In this document: positions 37,971 to 48,118 of the stretch, piece by piece
Numbering within the stretch: the stretch's first letter is position 1
How the letters are laid out: every line of letters starts with the position of its first letter
DNA from: Candidatus Eiseniibacteriota bacterium
GTDB lineage: Bacteria; Eisenbacteria; RBG-16-71-46; CAVPCR01
DNA length: 64,000 nucleotides
NCBI GenBank assembly: GCA_963823555.1
Contig: CAWGMA010000002.1
Location: 352,001-416,000, forward strand
Direction of reading: 5' to 3'
Made by a program: the position numbers and the translations under genes
Notes under the pieces: model-generated
Told to the model about the DNA's origin: nothing
Databases searched by the model: none
What the model saw: only the letters and a program-made list of their open reading frames with translations

Positions 37971-40900
37971 TGCACGCCAGCGATTCGCTCTGGCAGGTGG
38001 CGCGGCGCGAGCTGGGGCTCGGTCTCCGCCGCTTCGCCTTCTGGTTCATGGTGGTCGTTCTCGCCGCCATCGGCTACTTCTACTTCACGAAGTACGTGAG
38101 CGTGTCGCCCGGGGAGGACAGTCTCACCCAGGGCGTCAAGCTGGCGCGGAACTCCGCCTACTCGCTCGCGGTGATGCTCACCGTGATCGGGTTCGTGTTC
38201 GTGCACTTCATCGCCGCCCTTACCGTCGATCCCGTGCTGCGCGACCGGCGCATCGGCCTCTTGCCGCTGGTCCTCAGCTCGCCGCTCGACGGCCGGACCT
38301 ATGTGCTCGGCAAGTTCCTGGGTGCGATGGTGCTGCCGCTCGTGGCGCCGCTCGCCTTTGTCGCGGTGTCGGCGATCATGCAGTTCGTCCCCAATCCCTC
38401 GATCGGGCTGATCCCGCCGAACGCGGTCGGCTATGTCGCTTCCTACGTCGAGTTCTACCTGCCGTGGGTGATCATGGTGGGGGCGCTCGTGTTCGCGCTC
38501 GCCCTCGTGAGCGGAAGCCCCAAGCTGGTTTACAGCCTGGTGACGCTCCTCTTCATCGGGTACTTCGCCCTCATGAACCTGGTGCAGAGCGTGGAGCACC
38601 GCTGGGTGGCCTACCTCGATCCGGCGGGTCTCCTCTATCTGTCGGAGGTGGTCGGCAAGGGCAAGACCAACATCGAGCTCAACGCCATCACCTGGATGGG
38701 CGATCTCGGGTTCCTCCTGAACCGGGTCGGCGTGCTCCTCGCCGGCCTCGTGCCGCTCTTCGCCGTCGCCGGCGGCTTCGCCCGGCGCGAGGCGCTCGCC
38801 GGGTCGCGCGCCAAGAAGCCCCGTGGAAAGTCGGCGGCGGCCGCGGCGCAGGCTGCGATCTGGAGCAAGCTGCCCCCGGTCGTGCCGCTCCGGCCGCTCA
38901 GCGACCAGATCCAGCTGGCGGTGGGGACGCTCCGCCAGCTCGGACGGGTGGCGCGCGCCGAGATCCGCCTCCTTTCCCACGAGCGTTCGCTCTACTTCTT
39001 GATCCCGCTGCTCGGCGTCGTTCTATGGAGCAGCATGGAGACCTTGTCCGGGCCCTTCGATGCGGAGATCGTGCCGGTCTCGAGCGAGGTCGCTCGCGGG
39101 ATGTTCTGGACTCTGGTCATGTTCCTGTTCGGGACGACGACCTTCTTCATCGGCGAGACCATCTATCGCGAGCGCGAGGAGGGGCTCGCCGACATGCTGC
39201 ATGCCCATCCGGTCTCCGAGGCGGCCATCCTCGGCGGCAAGATGGTGGCCAACCTCGTGCTCGCCGCCGTTCTCGTCGTCGTGGCCTTCCTGACCGCCGT
39301 CATCTACCAGCTCGTGCACCGCGGCGGAGCGATCGAGCTCAAGCCGTTCCTGACGCTGTTCGTGGGTTTCCTGCTGCCGACGGTCCTCATCATGATCACG
39401 CTCGCCGCCGCGCTCTCCCTGGCCGCGCGTTCGAAGCCAGGGGGTTACGCGCTGTTCCTGGCCGTGGGTGGCGGTCTCGTCTGGGCCTTCGTCCGCGGCC
39501 ACCGGCACTGGCTCTACAACCTGCCGGCGCTGAACCTCGCGACCTACTCGGATCTCGTCGGCCTCGGCCCCTTGCGGGGGCAGATCCTGCTCCAGCGCTT
39601 CTACGTGGCCGCCCTCGCCGTCTTCCTGTTCTTCGTGGCGGTGGGGCTCTACCCGCGGGCAGGTGGCGCCGGAAGGCGCATCTTGAGCGGGCGCGAGTGG
39701 CGACGGCGCGGGGCGCTGGTGCCGGCGCTCGCCTCGCTCGCGGTGGCGGTCATGCTCGGGCTCGTCATCCATTCCCACGTCGAGAGCGGGCCGAGCTCCC
39801 TCGCCTTCGAGCGCCAGCGTGTCGACTACGAGAAGGCGGTGAAGCCGTGGCTCGCTGATCGGGTACAGCCGGAGCTGGCCGGCGTCGATCTCGATCTCGA
39901 TCTCTATCCCGAGCGTCATGCGTTTGCGCTCGACGGGACCTTCCAGCTCCGGAATGTGAACCAAGTCCCGATCGATTCCGTGTTCTTCACCGTCTATCCG
40001 CCGCTCCTTGCCCAGGGTGAGATGCGCCTCGACGGAAGGACGCCCGATCGCGTCTCGGGCCTGATCGCCAGCTTCGGGCTCCCCGCACCCCTCGAGCCGG
40101 GACAGGAGATCGAGCTCGTCTGCCGCTGGGAGGGCCGCGTGCCGGCCGGACCGCCGCGTCACGACGCCAGCCTCGACACCTTCATCGAGCCTGGCGGTAG
40201 CTACCTGCATTCCTTCGCGCCGCTCCCCTGGTTGCCGATGATCGGCTACAACGACGACCTGGAGATCCAGAGTGATCGCACGCGGCGCAAGTTCGGCCTC
40301 GCCAAGCGCGACGTGCTGCCCGAGGACGACGGCAGCGGCTTCACGCCGGGGATGATGCACCAGACGTTCGCCTACCCCTACCGGGCGCGGATCCGGGTCC
40401 CCGCGAGTGAGGAGGCGCTCTCCGCCGGCCGGCTCCTCGAGGTGCGCGATCTCGCCGAGGGGCGGCGCGAGTACGAGTTCGTCTCCGATGGACCCATCTA
40501 CTTCTTCCCGGTCATGGCCGGACGCTGGGCGGAGGAGCGCGACGGGGCGAACGCGGTCTATCACGCCGCGAGCCACAGCCAGAATGCGGAGAAGATGCTC
40601 GAGGCGCTCACGCGCTCCCGGGAGACCTACTCGCAGATCTTCTCGCCGTTCCCCTACACGGATCTTCGCATCGCCGAGTTCCCGCGGCTCGCCACCTTCG
40701 CCATGGGCTACCCGACGCTCATCCCCTTCTCGGAGGGGATCGGCTTCCTGACCCGAGACAGCAAGAAGCGAACCAACTTGAATTTCTACGTCACGGCGCA
40801 TGAAGTGGCGCACCAGTGGTGGGGCACGGTGGTGTGGCCGGGACATGCCAAGGGTGGTGCGGTCATCACCGAAGGGCTGGCCAACTACTCGTCGCTCGTG

Positions 40901-41536
40901 ATGGCCGAGCGCTACGAAGGGGCCGACAAGCGGGAGCAGCTCTTCGAGGATTACGAGGATCGCTACTTGAGGCGGCGCGATCCGAACGAGGAGCAGCCGC
41001 TCGCGCTTGTCGACGGCACCCGACGCGGCGACGAGGCCCTCATGTACAACCGGGGCGGCATCGTCTTCTACATGCTGCATCACATCCTGGGCGAGGAGCG
41101 GATGTATGCCGGTCTCGGCGAGTTCATCCGCCGCTTCTCCTTCCAGGCCGACCATCCCACCATCACCGACCTGGCGCGCGTCTTCACCGAGCTCTACCCG
41201 GAGACCGAGCCTCTCTTCTCGCAGTACGTGTTCGGGAAGTCGATCCCCAACCCGCAGTACACGGTGGTGTCGCGCGAGGAGACGGCGGACGGTCACTGGC
41301 GAGTGCCGTTCGCACTCGAGAATCGCGGTAGCGGCGAGCTCGATCTCGTGGTGGCGGCGAGCGCCGGCAAGCGGGAGGAAGGGACCTACGCCGAAGCGCG
41401 CACCACCGTGATGCTCCGCGGCGGGCGTCCGGTCGACGGCGAGATCGTGTGCGACTTCGAACCCGAGCGGATCGAGATCGACCCGGATCGCTCGGTGCTC
41501 CTCCAGGAACGCAAGCAGGGTCGCCGCGACCTCTAG
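37970..41536 (+). CDS. ABC-2 permease fused to M1-family aminopeptidase
   Basis: Two multi-TM permease halves, then soluble domain with HEVAHQWWG-x-EGLANY gluzincin motif and YNRG; overlaps ATPase stop. Confidence 0.9.
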   Translation: MHASDSLWQVARRELGLGLRRFAFWFMVVVLAAIGYFYFTKYVSVSPGEDSLTQGVKLARNSAYSLAVMLTVIGFVFVHFIAALTVDPVLRDRRIGLLPLVLSSPLDGRTYVLGKFLGAMVLPLVAPLAFVAVSAIMQFVPNPSIGLIPPNAVGYVASYVEFYLPWVIMVGALVFALALVSGSPKLVYSLVTLLFIGYFALMNLVQSVEHRWVAYLDPAGLLYLSEVVGKGKTNIELNAITWMGDLGFLLNRVGVLLAGLVPLFAVAGGFARREALAGSRAKKPRGKSAAAAAQAAIWSKLPPVVPLRPLSDQIQLAVGTLRQLGRVARAEIRLLSHERSLYFLIPLLGVVLWSSMETLSGPFDAEIVPVSSEVARGMFWTLVMFLFGTTTFFIGETIYREREEGLADMLHAHPVSEAAILGGKMVANLVLAAVLVVVAFLTAVIYQLVHRGGAIELKPFLTLFVGFLLPTVLIMITLAAALSLAARSKPGGYALFLAVGGGLVWAFVRGHRHWLYNLPALNLATYSDLVGLGPLRGQILLQRFYVAALAVFLFFVAVGLYPRAGGAGRRILSGREWRRRGALVPALASLAVAVMLGLVIHSHVESGPSSLAFERQRVDYEKAVKPWLADRVQPELAGVDLDLDLYPERHAFALDGTFQLRNVNQVPIDSVFFTVYPPLLAQGEMRLDGRTPDRVSGLIASFGLPAPLEPGQEIELVCRWEGRVPAGPPRHDASLDTFIEPGGSYLHSFAPLPWLPMIGYNDDLEIQSDRTRRKFGLAKRDVLPEDDGSGFTPGMMHQTFAYPYRARIRVPASEEALSAGRLLEVRDLAEGRREYEFVSDGPIYFFPVMAGRWAEERDGANAVYHAASHSQNAEKMLEALTRSRETYSQIFSPFPYTDLRIAEFPRLATFAMGYPTLIPFSEGIGFLTRDSKKRTNLNFYVTAHEVAHQWWGTVVWPGHAKGGAVITEGLANYSSLVMAERYEGADKREQLFEDYEDRYLRRRDPNEEQPLALVDGTRRGDEALMYNRGGIVFYMLHHILGEERMYAGLGEFIRRFSFQADHPTITDLARVFTELYPETEPLFSQYVFGKSIPNPQYTVVSREETADGHWRVPFALENRGSGELDLVVAASAGKREEGTYAEARTTVMLRGGRPVDGEIVCDFEPERIEIDPDRSVLLQERKQGRRDL

Positions 41537-41663
41537 CCGGGTTTTCCCTCCCGGCGCTGTGGCGCTAGAATGGTCGCGGTGGCGCCCGCGCGCCCGGATC
41601 TCGCTCTGGTCCCGACCCCCGGCTGTTCCCCATGCGGAGCGCCGACCAGGAGGAGAACCCGCC

Positions 41664-43184
41664 ATGAAGCATCCCTGTGCCGGACTCGGCGTGCATCGCC
41701 GAGCGCTGCTCCTCTCGTCCCTCGTGATCGCGCTGACCATGCTCGCCGGGGCGTCATCGGTCGCCGCCGCGCCCTGGAACGAGCCCGAGCAGGTGACCTT
41801 CAACTCGGTCGAGGACCGCACCACGTCGGGGTCGCTGGTCTACCCCTGCTACGGCGAGGCCTATGCCATCTGGATGCAGGCGCAGGGCGCTCCCGGCTGG
41901 CGAATCATGTTCGCGGAGCGGAATATCCATGGCTGGAGCGAGCCGCTGCCCGTCGATCCGGGGAGCCATGCGGACTACGACCCGCGGTTGGGCTCGAGCG
42001 CCACCGGGCTCGTCGCGGTCTGGCAGCGGGGCACCAGCACCGCGGCCGAGATCGTCTTCGCCGAGCGCACGGGCGATGTCTGGTCCGTCGTGCCGATCAC
42101 GACGAACGCAACGGAGGACCTGAGCCCGGATCTGGCGGCCATCACGACGGGTACGCATCACGTGGCCTGGGCCGGTCTCGATCCGGTCTCGCAGAGCGGG
42201 AAGATCTTCCATGCCGAGAACTCCGGCACCGGCTGGCAGGTGGAGGTCCTCACCGGGAGCGAGCTCGGTCCCTTCTGGACCGGGGCCGAGCCCCATATCG
42301 ATGTCTCCGCCAACGGCGACGTGCACATCGTCTATCGCGGTGGCGACTACGGTAATTACCATCTCCACTATGCGCGTCGGGTGGGGACGACGTGGACCTA
42401 CCAGGTTCTCTTCTCGGGGAATGGGAACGATCTCGCCACCGATGTCTCGAGCTTGTGGACGAATCAGGTCGTGGTCGCCATGAGCGGCAACGACGGCTTC
42501 GGCTTCCCGTCGCGGATCTACATCCGGAGGAGCACCGACGGCGGCGCGAGCTTCGGCGCGCCCGAGCTCGTGAGCGGGAGCTACTCCGCCAGTCTCGAGA
42601 ACCTGACGGGAGGGGTTCCGGGGCTCGCGGTGAGCGGTTCCGAGGTCTCGGGCAACATCTATACCGGGAATCTCTTCTACTGGCTGGAAGGGGCTGGACC
42701 CGAACTCCTGCCGCCGCTCGACATGGCGAGCGAGAGGCCGAGCGCCGGGCAGATCACTTGCATCCCCTTGACCGAGAGCGCGGGCGATGAATCCGTTCTC
42801 TACGTCCATTACGGCGGAGGGGGATCATCAGACGCCGAGGTCACCTTCCTCGCGACCCCAGGCCCCAACATCGGGCTCGCCGACCCGGATTCCGCTCCGC
42901 TCCCGCTTCGCCTCGCTGTGGCTCCGAACCCGTTCTCGACCTCGACTCGGATCGAGATCGAGACCCTCGATGCGCTCGGTCCTGGAGCGGTCGGAGCGGC
43001 AATCTACGATATCGCCGGGCATCTCGTGCGGCGGCTTGACGAGAACGCCGCCTCCGCGCGGCATCCCGCGTTCGTGTGGGATGGGATGACCGCGAACGGC
43101 GCCCGGGCCGCCGCCGGGCTCTATCTTCTCGTGGTCGAGGGCAGCGGCCTCAGGGCGAGCGAGCGCCTGGTCCGCCTCAAGTAG
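41664..43184 (+). CDS. Secreted propeller/BNR-like protein with C-terminal FlgD-Ig domain
   Basis: AGGAG RBS, signal peptide, Asp-box STDGGASF, APNPF...YDIAGHLVRRL...WDG...GLYLL. Confidence 0.8.
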   Translation: MKHPCAGLGVHRRALLLSSLVIALTMLAGASSVAAAPWNEPEQVTFNSVEDRTTSGSLVYPCYGEAYAIWMQAQGAPGWRIMFAERNIHGWSEPLPVDPGSHADYDPRLGSSATGLVAVWQRGTSTAAEIVFAERTGDVWSVVPITTNATEDLSPDLAAITTGTHHVAWAGLDPVSQSGKIFHAENSGTGWQVEVLTGSELGPFWTGAEPHIDVSANGDVHIVYRGGDYGNYHLHYARRVGTTWTYQVLFSGNGNDLATDVSSLWTNQVVVAMSGNDGFGFPSRIYIRRSTDGGASFGAPELVSGSYSASLENLTGGVPGLAVSGSEVSGNIYTGNLFYWLEGAGPELLPPLDMASERPSAGQITCIPLTESAGDESVLYVHYGGGGSSDAEVTFLATPGPNIGLADPDSAPLPLRLAVAPNPFSTSTRIEIETLDALGPGAVGAAIYDIAGHLVRRLDENAASARHPAFVWDGMTANGARAAAGLYLLVVEGSGLRASERLVRLK

Positions 43185-43199
43185 GGCGTAGGGTCCGGG

Positions 43200-44465
43200 T
43201 CACACCGACGGATCCGCCACCCGCCCCATGAAGAGGATCGATCCCGTCACCCGGTCGCGGATCAGGAACAGGAAGGGGTGATCCGCAACGAACGACGGCG
43301 GCAGGCTGGTGAGCGCGATGCCGACGCCGGTCGCCGCGGCGGCCTCGGTCCCCTCCTCGTTCACCTCGACGAACGCCTTGTGGCGGACCGTCCCCAGGCA
43401 CCAGCCCTTCTCGGTCGTCATCGCCGACAGATCGGCTCGATCGCAGTCGAAGGCCGAGGGCATGCCAAGATCCGAGAGCGTTCTCTTGAGCTCGAACTCG
43501 GTCGTCATCTTGAAGCGCGGAATGATGACGTCGATCTTCCCCTCCCGGGCCGCATCCAGCCATCCGGTCAGACGTTCCGGGGTCAGGCTCGCCTCGAGGG
43601 CCGGCAGGCCATCCACGGCGGCAGGAAGCAGGAGGATCATCGCCAGGTCACCGCCGCGATAGGGCATCTCGAGCACGGAGATCTCGTGATCGCGCGTCAT
43701 GCGTAGAGTCATCTCCGCATGCATCATCGGAACATGGACCGCGCGATCAGCCGCGACGTGGAAGGGGCCGTCCGCGGTCCGGTCCGGCTCGAACCGGGTG
43801 GCCCACTGCCCCTTGAAGTAGATGGCGTTGGCGAGGACGAGGCGCGTGAGATCGGTGATCGTCCCTGATGGGAACAGGTCCTGGATGCGGTCCCTGGTGC
43901 GCTCGGCCACCCAGCGATTGATGGCGGCGCGCGCCGCCGCGCTGTTGCCGGCGAAATCGACCTCGTCGAAGCCGGCGCCGTAGTGCTCGCGCACGGTCTC
44001 CAGGAACGGCTCGCGGATCGGCGCGCCCTTCTGCCCCCAGAGCGAGTTGGCGACCCGGAGCTCGTAGCCGCCGAGATCGGTGCCGCGATCGAGGCTCGCG
44101 ACGAGAGCGCCGTAGACCGGATGCAGGTTCGCAATGCCCTTGGTGTGGAGGACCGTTCCCATCTCCTCGGCGGTCTGGCCGCCCGCACCCGCGTAGGTCA
44201 TGGCGAGCGCCGTCGAGATGCTGAAGGGGGAAAAGAAGAGATTGCCGGGCGTCGAGCGCAGCCTGCCGTAGAGGTCGAGCGCGAAGCGCGTGTTGGCCTC
44301 GACCACCGGCGGCGCGTCGGCGGCCACCGCGTCCGGGAGCTGGCGTACGGTAAGCGGGTCTTGCCCGTCAGGGTCCCCGGGGTTGACCGCACAGACGAGG
44401 TAGGAGCCGCCGAGGAAGCCGACGAGGGCGGCGCCGAAGATCAAGATACGGCCGGTTCCATTCAT
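43200..44465 (-). CDS. Serpin (serine protease inhibitor)
   Basis: NLFFSPFSI, NAIYFKGQW, EEGTEAAAAT hinge, ADHPFLFLI, LFMGRV.DP; N-terminal hydrophobic segment. Confidence 0.96.
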   Translation of the reverse strand: MNGTGRILIFGAALVGFLGGSYLVCAVNPGDPDGQDPLTVRQLPDAVAADAPPVVEANTRFALDLYGRLRSTPGNLFFSPFSISTALAMTYAGAGGQTAEEMGTVLHTKGIANLHPVYGALVASLDRGTDLGGYELRVANSLWGQKGAPIREPFLETVREHYGAGFDEVDFAGNSAAARAAINRWVAERTRDRIQDLFPSGTITDLTRLVLANAIYFKGQWATRFEPDRTADGPFHVAADRAVHVPMMHAEMTLRMTRDHEISVLEMPYRGGDLAMILLLPAAVDGLPALEASLTPERLTGWLDAAREGKIDVIIPRFKMTTEFELKRTLSDLGMPSAFDCDRADLSAMTTEKGWCLGTVRHKAFVEVNEEGTEAAAATGVGIALTSLPPSFVADHPFLFLIRDRVTGSILFMGRVADPSV

Positions 44466-44635
44466 GGTTCACCTCGATTTCGCCCCGCCCCCGGGAGCCG
44501 GCCGGCGGGTGATCGCGGCCCGGCGAAGTCTCCCCCCATCCTAGGACCCGGCTCGCACGGCGACAAGGCGCGTTGCTCCGGTCGAGGCCATCTGCTAGTC
44601 TTCGAAGCTCCTATCCCCATGGAGACAATGGGAGG

Positions 44636-46351
44636 ATGGTCCAGAATCTGACCCACGACGTGCTCATCCTCGGAGCGGGGCTCGCGGGTCTCAGGGCCGC
44701 CGTCGAGATCTCCCGTCGCACGGCCGGCAAGGTCGATATCGGCATCGTCTCCAAGGTCCAGCTGATGCGCGCCCATTCGGTGTGCGCCGAGGGCGGGACC
44801 GCCGCCGTTCTCCGCACGGAGGAGGGCGATTCGCTCGAGCTCCATGCCTGGGACACGGTCAAGGGCTCCGACTTCCTCGCCGATCAGGACGTGGTCGAGG
44901 AGTTCGTCAAGACCTCGCCCCAGGAGATCAGGCAACTCGATCACTGGGGCATCCCGTGGACGCGGGACGAGCACGGCCGGATCGAGCAGCGTCCGTTCGG
45001 CGGACACTCCTACCCGCGGGCGACGCTCGCCGCCGACAAGACCGGCTTCTTCGAGATGCAGACCCTCTATGACACGCTGCTCCGCTATCGCTGCTTCTCG
45101 CGCTACGACGAGCTCTTCATCACCGACATCCTGATCGAGGACGGCCGCTTCGGCGGGCTCCTCGGCATCCATGCCCCGAGCGGCGAGACGGTGACGCTGC
45201 AGGCGAAGGCGCTCCTCATCGCCTCGGGCGGCGGCGGCTGTCTCTACGGGTTCACCACCTACTCGCAAACGGTGACCGGCGACGGGCTCGCGATGGCCTA
45301 TCGCGCCGGGCTCCCGCTCGAGGACATGGAGTTCTTGCAGTTCCATCCCACCGGGCTCGTGCCCTCGGGCATCCTCATGACCGAGGGCTGCCGCGGCGAA
45401 GGCGGGTACCTCCGCAACGCCAACGGCGATCGCTTCATGGAGCGCTATGCCGCCGAGAAGATGGAGCTCGCGCCGCGCGACGTGATCTCGCGCGCCGAGA
45501 TGACCGAGATCCTCGAGGGCCGCGGCTTCAAGGGCCCCGATGGGTTCGACTACTTGCACCTCGATCTCACGCACCTCGGCGCCGACAAGATCAACTCGCG
45601 CCTGCCTCTGATCCGCGAGGTATCGATGAAGTTCGTCGGTATCGACCCCATCGAGAAGTCGATCCCCATCAGGCCGGTCGCGCACTACACCATGGGGGGG
45701 GTCGAGACCGATATCCGCGGCGCCACCCGCATCCCGGGAGTGTGGGCTGCCGGCGAGGTCGCCTGTGTCTCGCTCCACGGCGCCAACCGGCTGGGCTCGA
45801 ACTCGACGGCGGAGTGTCTGGTGTGGGGCGGCATCAGCGGCGCGGAGATCGCGGCCGCGCTGCCCAAGCTGCCATCCTCGCCGCCGGTGCCCGAGCGCGC
45901 GCTCAAGGCGGCGCGCGACCGCATCGCCGAGGTCAAGGGCCGCGATGGGAGCGAGGATCTCTACCAGCTCCGGCGCGAGCTCCGGGCCATCATGGATCGC
46001 GACTACGGTGTCTTCCGCACCGGCGCCGACATGGCGCGCGGTCTGGCCGAGATCCGGGCGATTCGCCAGCAGTCGCTCAAGGCCCCGGTGCGCGACAGGA
46101 GCGAGGTCTACAACTCGAACCTGTTCCACGCGCTCGAGCTCGGCAACATGATCGATCTCGCCGAGGTGGTCGCGGTCGGCGGCCTCGCCCGCGAGGAGTC
46201 GCGCGGAGCGCATGCGCGCCGCGACTTCACCAAGCGCGACGACGAGAAGTGGCTCAAGCACACCCTCATCTTCCATACCGGGGGTGAGCCGCGGGCGGAA
46301 TCGAAGCCGGTCACCATCACGGCCTGGAAGCCGATCGAGCGCAAGTACTGA
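44636..46351 (+). CDS. sdhA: Succinate dehydrogenase/fumarate reductase flavoprotein subunit
   Basis: GAGLAG, RAHSVCAEGG (FAD-His), QFHPTG, EGCRGEGG, HYTMGG, HGANRLGSNS, ESRGAH. Confidence 0.96.
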   Translation: MVQNLTHDVLILGAGLAGLRAAVEISRRTAGKVDIGIVSKVQLMRAHSVCAEGGTAAVLRTEEGDSLELHAWDTVKGSDFLADQDVVEEFVKTSPQEIRQLDHWGIPWTRDEHGRIEQRPFGGHSYPRATLAADKTGFFEMQTLYDTLLRYRCFSRYDELFITDILIEDGRFGGLLGIHAPSGETVTLQAKALLIASGGGGCLYGFTTYSQTVTGDGLAMAYRAGLPLEDMEFLQFHPTGLVPSGILMTEGCRGEGGYLRNANGDRFMERYAAEKMELAPRDVISRAEMTEILEGRGFKGPDGFDYLHLDLTHLGADKINSRLPLIREVSMKFVGIDPIEKSIPIRPVAHYTMGGVETDIRGATRIPGVWAAGEVACVSLHGANRLGSNSTAECLVWGGISGAEIAAALPKLPSSPPVPERALKAARDRIAEVKGRDGSEDLYQLRRELRAIMDRDYGVFRTGADMARGLAEIRAIRQQSLKAPVRDRSEVYNSNLFHALELGNMIDLAEVVAVGGLAREESRGAHARRDFTKRDDEKWLKHTLIFHTGGEPRAESKPVTITAWKPIERKY

Positions 46352-46396
46352 TGCTCGCGGACCGTGCCGAAGCGCTCTGGGGGAGGAGGGAAGCCA

Positions 46397-46840
46397 ATGC
46401 TTGAAGTGAAGGGCCATCCCAACCGGCTCGGGCTCTGGGGCTGGGCGGGCGGTGCGCGCTGGGGCGTCGATCGCTACATGTATACGCTCCATCGTCTCTC
46501 CGGCCTCGCCCTGCTCGTGTACTTCCTGATGCACGTGCTCGTCACCACGTCCCGGGCCTTCGGCAAGGAATCGTGGGAAGGCGCGATGGCCGCGGTCACC
46601 GGGCCCTTGTTCAGCCTCGGTGAGTACGTGATCTTCGCCGCTTTCGCCTTCCATGCCGTGAACGGCATCCGCCTCGTGCTGGTCGAGCTCGGGCTCGCGG
46701 TGGGGAAGCCGATCGAGCCGATCTATCCGTTCCGCACCTCGCTGCACGTCCAGCGGCCACTGGCGATCGGGGCGCTCATCGTGGCCGTGGCCCTCGCCGT
46801 GCTCGGGTTGCTCGACTTCTTCGTCCTCGGGACGCACTAG
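46397..46840 (+). CDS. sdhC: Succinate dehydrogenase cytochrome b subunit
   Basis: LHRLSG, three TM, FHAVNGIR; position in operon. Confidence 0.85.
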   Translation: MLEVKGHPNRLGLWGWAGGARWGVDRYMYTLHRLSGLALLVYFLMHVLVTTSRAFGKESWEGAMAAVTGPLFSLGEYVIFAAFAFHAVNGIRLVLVELGLAVGKPIEPIYPFRTSLHVQRPLAIGALIVAVALAVLGLLDFFVLGTH

Positions 46841-46857
46841 GCAGGGAAGGAGGTGTC

Positions 46858-47235
46858 ATGATACGCGATCAAGGACTCTGGTTCTGGCACGTGGCGGCCG
46901 GGATCGCGATCCTCATCCTTGCCGGCATGCACATGGGGATCATGCATCTCGATGCCACGCTCGGCATCGGCAATCCGGCCGGCGGGCATCCCATCGACTG
47001 GGCCAACGTCGTGGCCAGAGGAAAGAGCGCGGTGTTCCTTCTGAGCTACGTGTTGCTCCTCGGTGCGGCTCTCTTCCATGGGCTCTATGGGCTGCGCAAC
47101 ATGCTGTACGAGGTCGTCGGCGGATCGGGACTCAGGGCGGCGATCAACGTGGTCCTGGTCCTGACCGGTCTCGTCTTCTTCGTGGTCGGGACCTGGGCGG
47201 CGGTGACGGGGCGCGCGATCGCGCTGGCATCCTAG
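46858..47235 (+). CDS. sdhD: Succinate dehydrogenase membrane anchor subunit
   Basis: Three TM, HMGIMH, FHGLYGLR; position in operon. Confidence 0.8.
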   Translation: MIRDQGLWFWHVAAGIAILILAGMHMGIMHLDATLGIGNPAGGHPIDWANVVARGKSAVFLLSYVLLLGAALFHGLYGLRNMLYEVVGGSGLRAAINVVLVLTGLVFFVVGTWAAVTGRAIALAS

Positions 47236-47242
47236 GGGAAGG

Positions 47243-48088
47243 GTGATCATGGGCAACCACGACGGCGGCAAGGGCCAAGTGATCTATCGGGTGCGTCGCT
47301 TCCGGCCGGGAGTGGACCGGCGGCCGATCTGGCAGGAGTTCACGATCGAGTCCACGCCCGGGATGACCGTTCTCGACGGGCTCTGGCTCGTCAAGGAGAG
47401 CATCGATCCCGGCCTCGCGTTTCGCGCGTCTTGCCGCATGGGGGTGTGTGGATCGTGCGGCATGATGGTGAACGGGATGCCCCGGCTGGCCTGCAACACG
47501 CAGGTGGCCGAGCTCGGCGGCGGCATCGTCACGGTGGCTCCACTCCCCAACTTCGACATCCTCAGGGATCTGGTGCCGAACCTCGACTCGATGTTCGATC
47601 GCCACCAGGCGCTCTCCCCGTACCTGATCCGGCCGGATCGGGCCGAGCAGGAGAATCCCCAGGGCGAATATGCCCAGACCCAGCACGAATTGGAGGCCTA
47701 CCTCCAGTTCTCTTACTGTATAAAATGCGGGTGTTGCATGGCGGCCTGTCCGACCCTGGCCACCGATGTCCGCTTCTCGGGACCGATGCCGCTCTCCCAG
47801 GCGCATCGGTACAATAGCGACAGCCGGGATGGCGGCTTCGACGAGCGCAAGCGAGTGCTCGCCGGGAGCCAGGGTCCATGGCGCTGTCACTATGCCGGCG
47901 AATGCGCCCGGGTCTGTCCCAAGGGGGTCGATCCGGCCAAGGCGATCCAGTGGATGAAGCGCGAGCTCATGCTCGATGTGATCGGGGCGCGAAGGGAGAG
48001 CGCTCCGGCCAGGATCGCCACGAAGCCGGCGGGGATCACGCGACGTCCCGGCATCCCGGATGCGCCGCCGCGCACGGTCGGCGCCTGA
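47243..48088 (+). CDS. sdhB: Succinate dehydrogenase iron-sulfur subunit
   Basis: SCRMGVCGSC..LAC (2Fe-2S), CIKCGCCMAACP (4Fe-4S), CHYAGECARVCP (3Fe-4S); start 47243 or 47249. Confidence 0.95.
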   Translation: MIMGNHDGGKGQVIYRVRRFRPGVDRRPIWQEFTIESTPGMTVLDGLWLVKESIDPGLAFRASCRMGVCGSCGMMVNGMPRLACNTQVAELGGGIVTVAPLPNFDILRDLVPNLDSMFDRHQALSPYLIRPDRAEQENPQGEYAQTQHELEAYLQFSYCIKCGCCMAACPTLATDVRFSGPMPLSQAHRYNSDSRDGGFDERKRVLAGSQGPWRCHYAGECARVCPKGVDPAKAIQWMKRELMLDVIGARRESAPARIATKPAGITRRPGIPDAPPRTVGA

Positions 48089-48118
48089 GGGAGCGGATCA
48101 TTCGAGCAGGGAGGCGAG

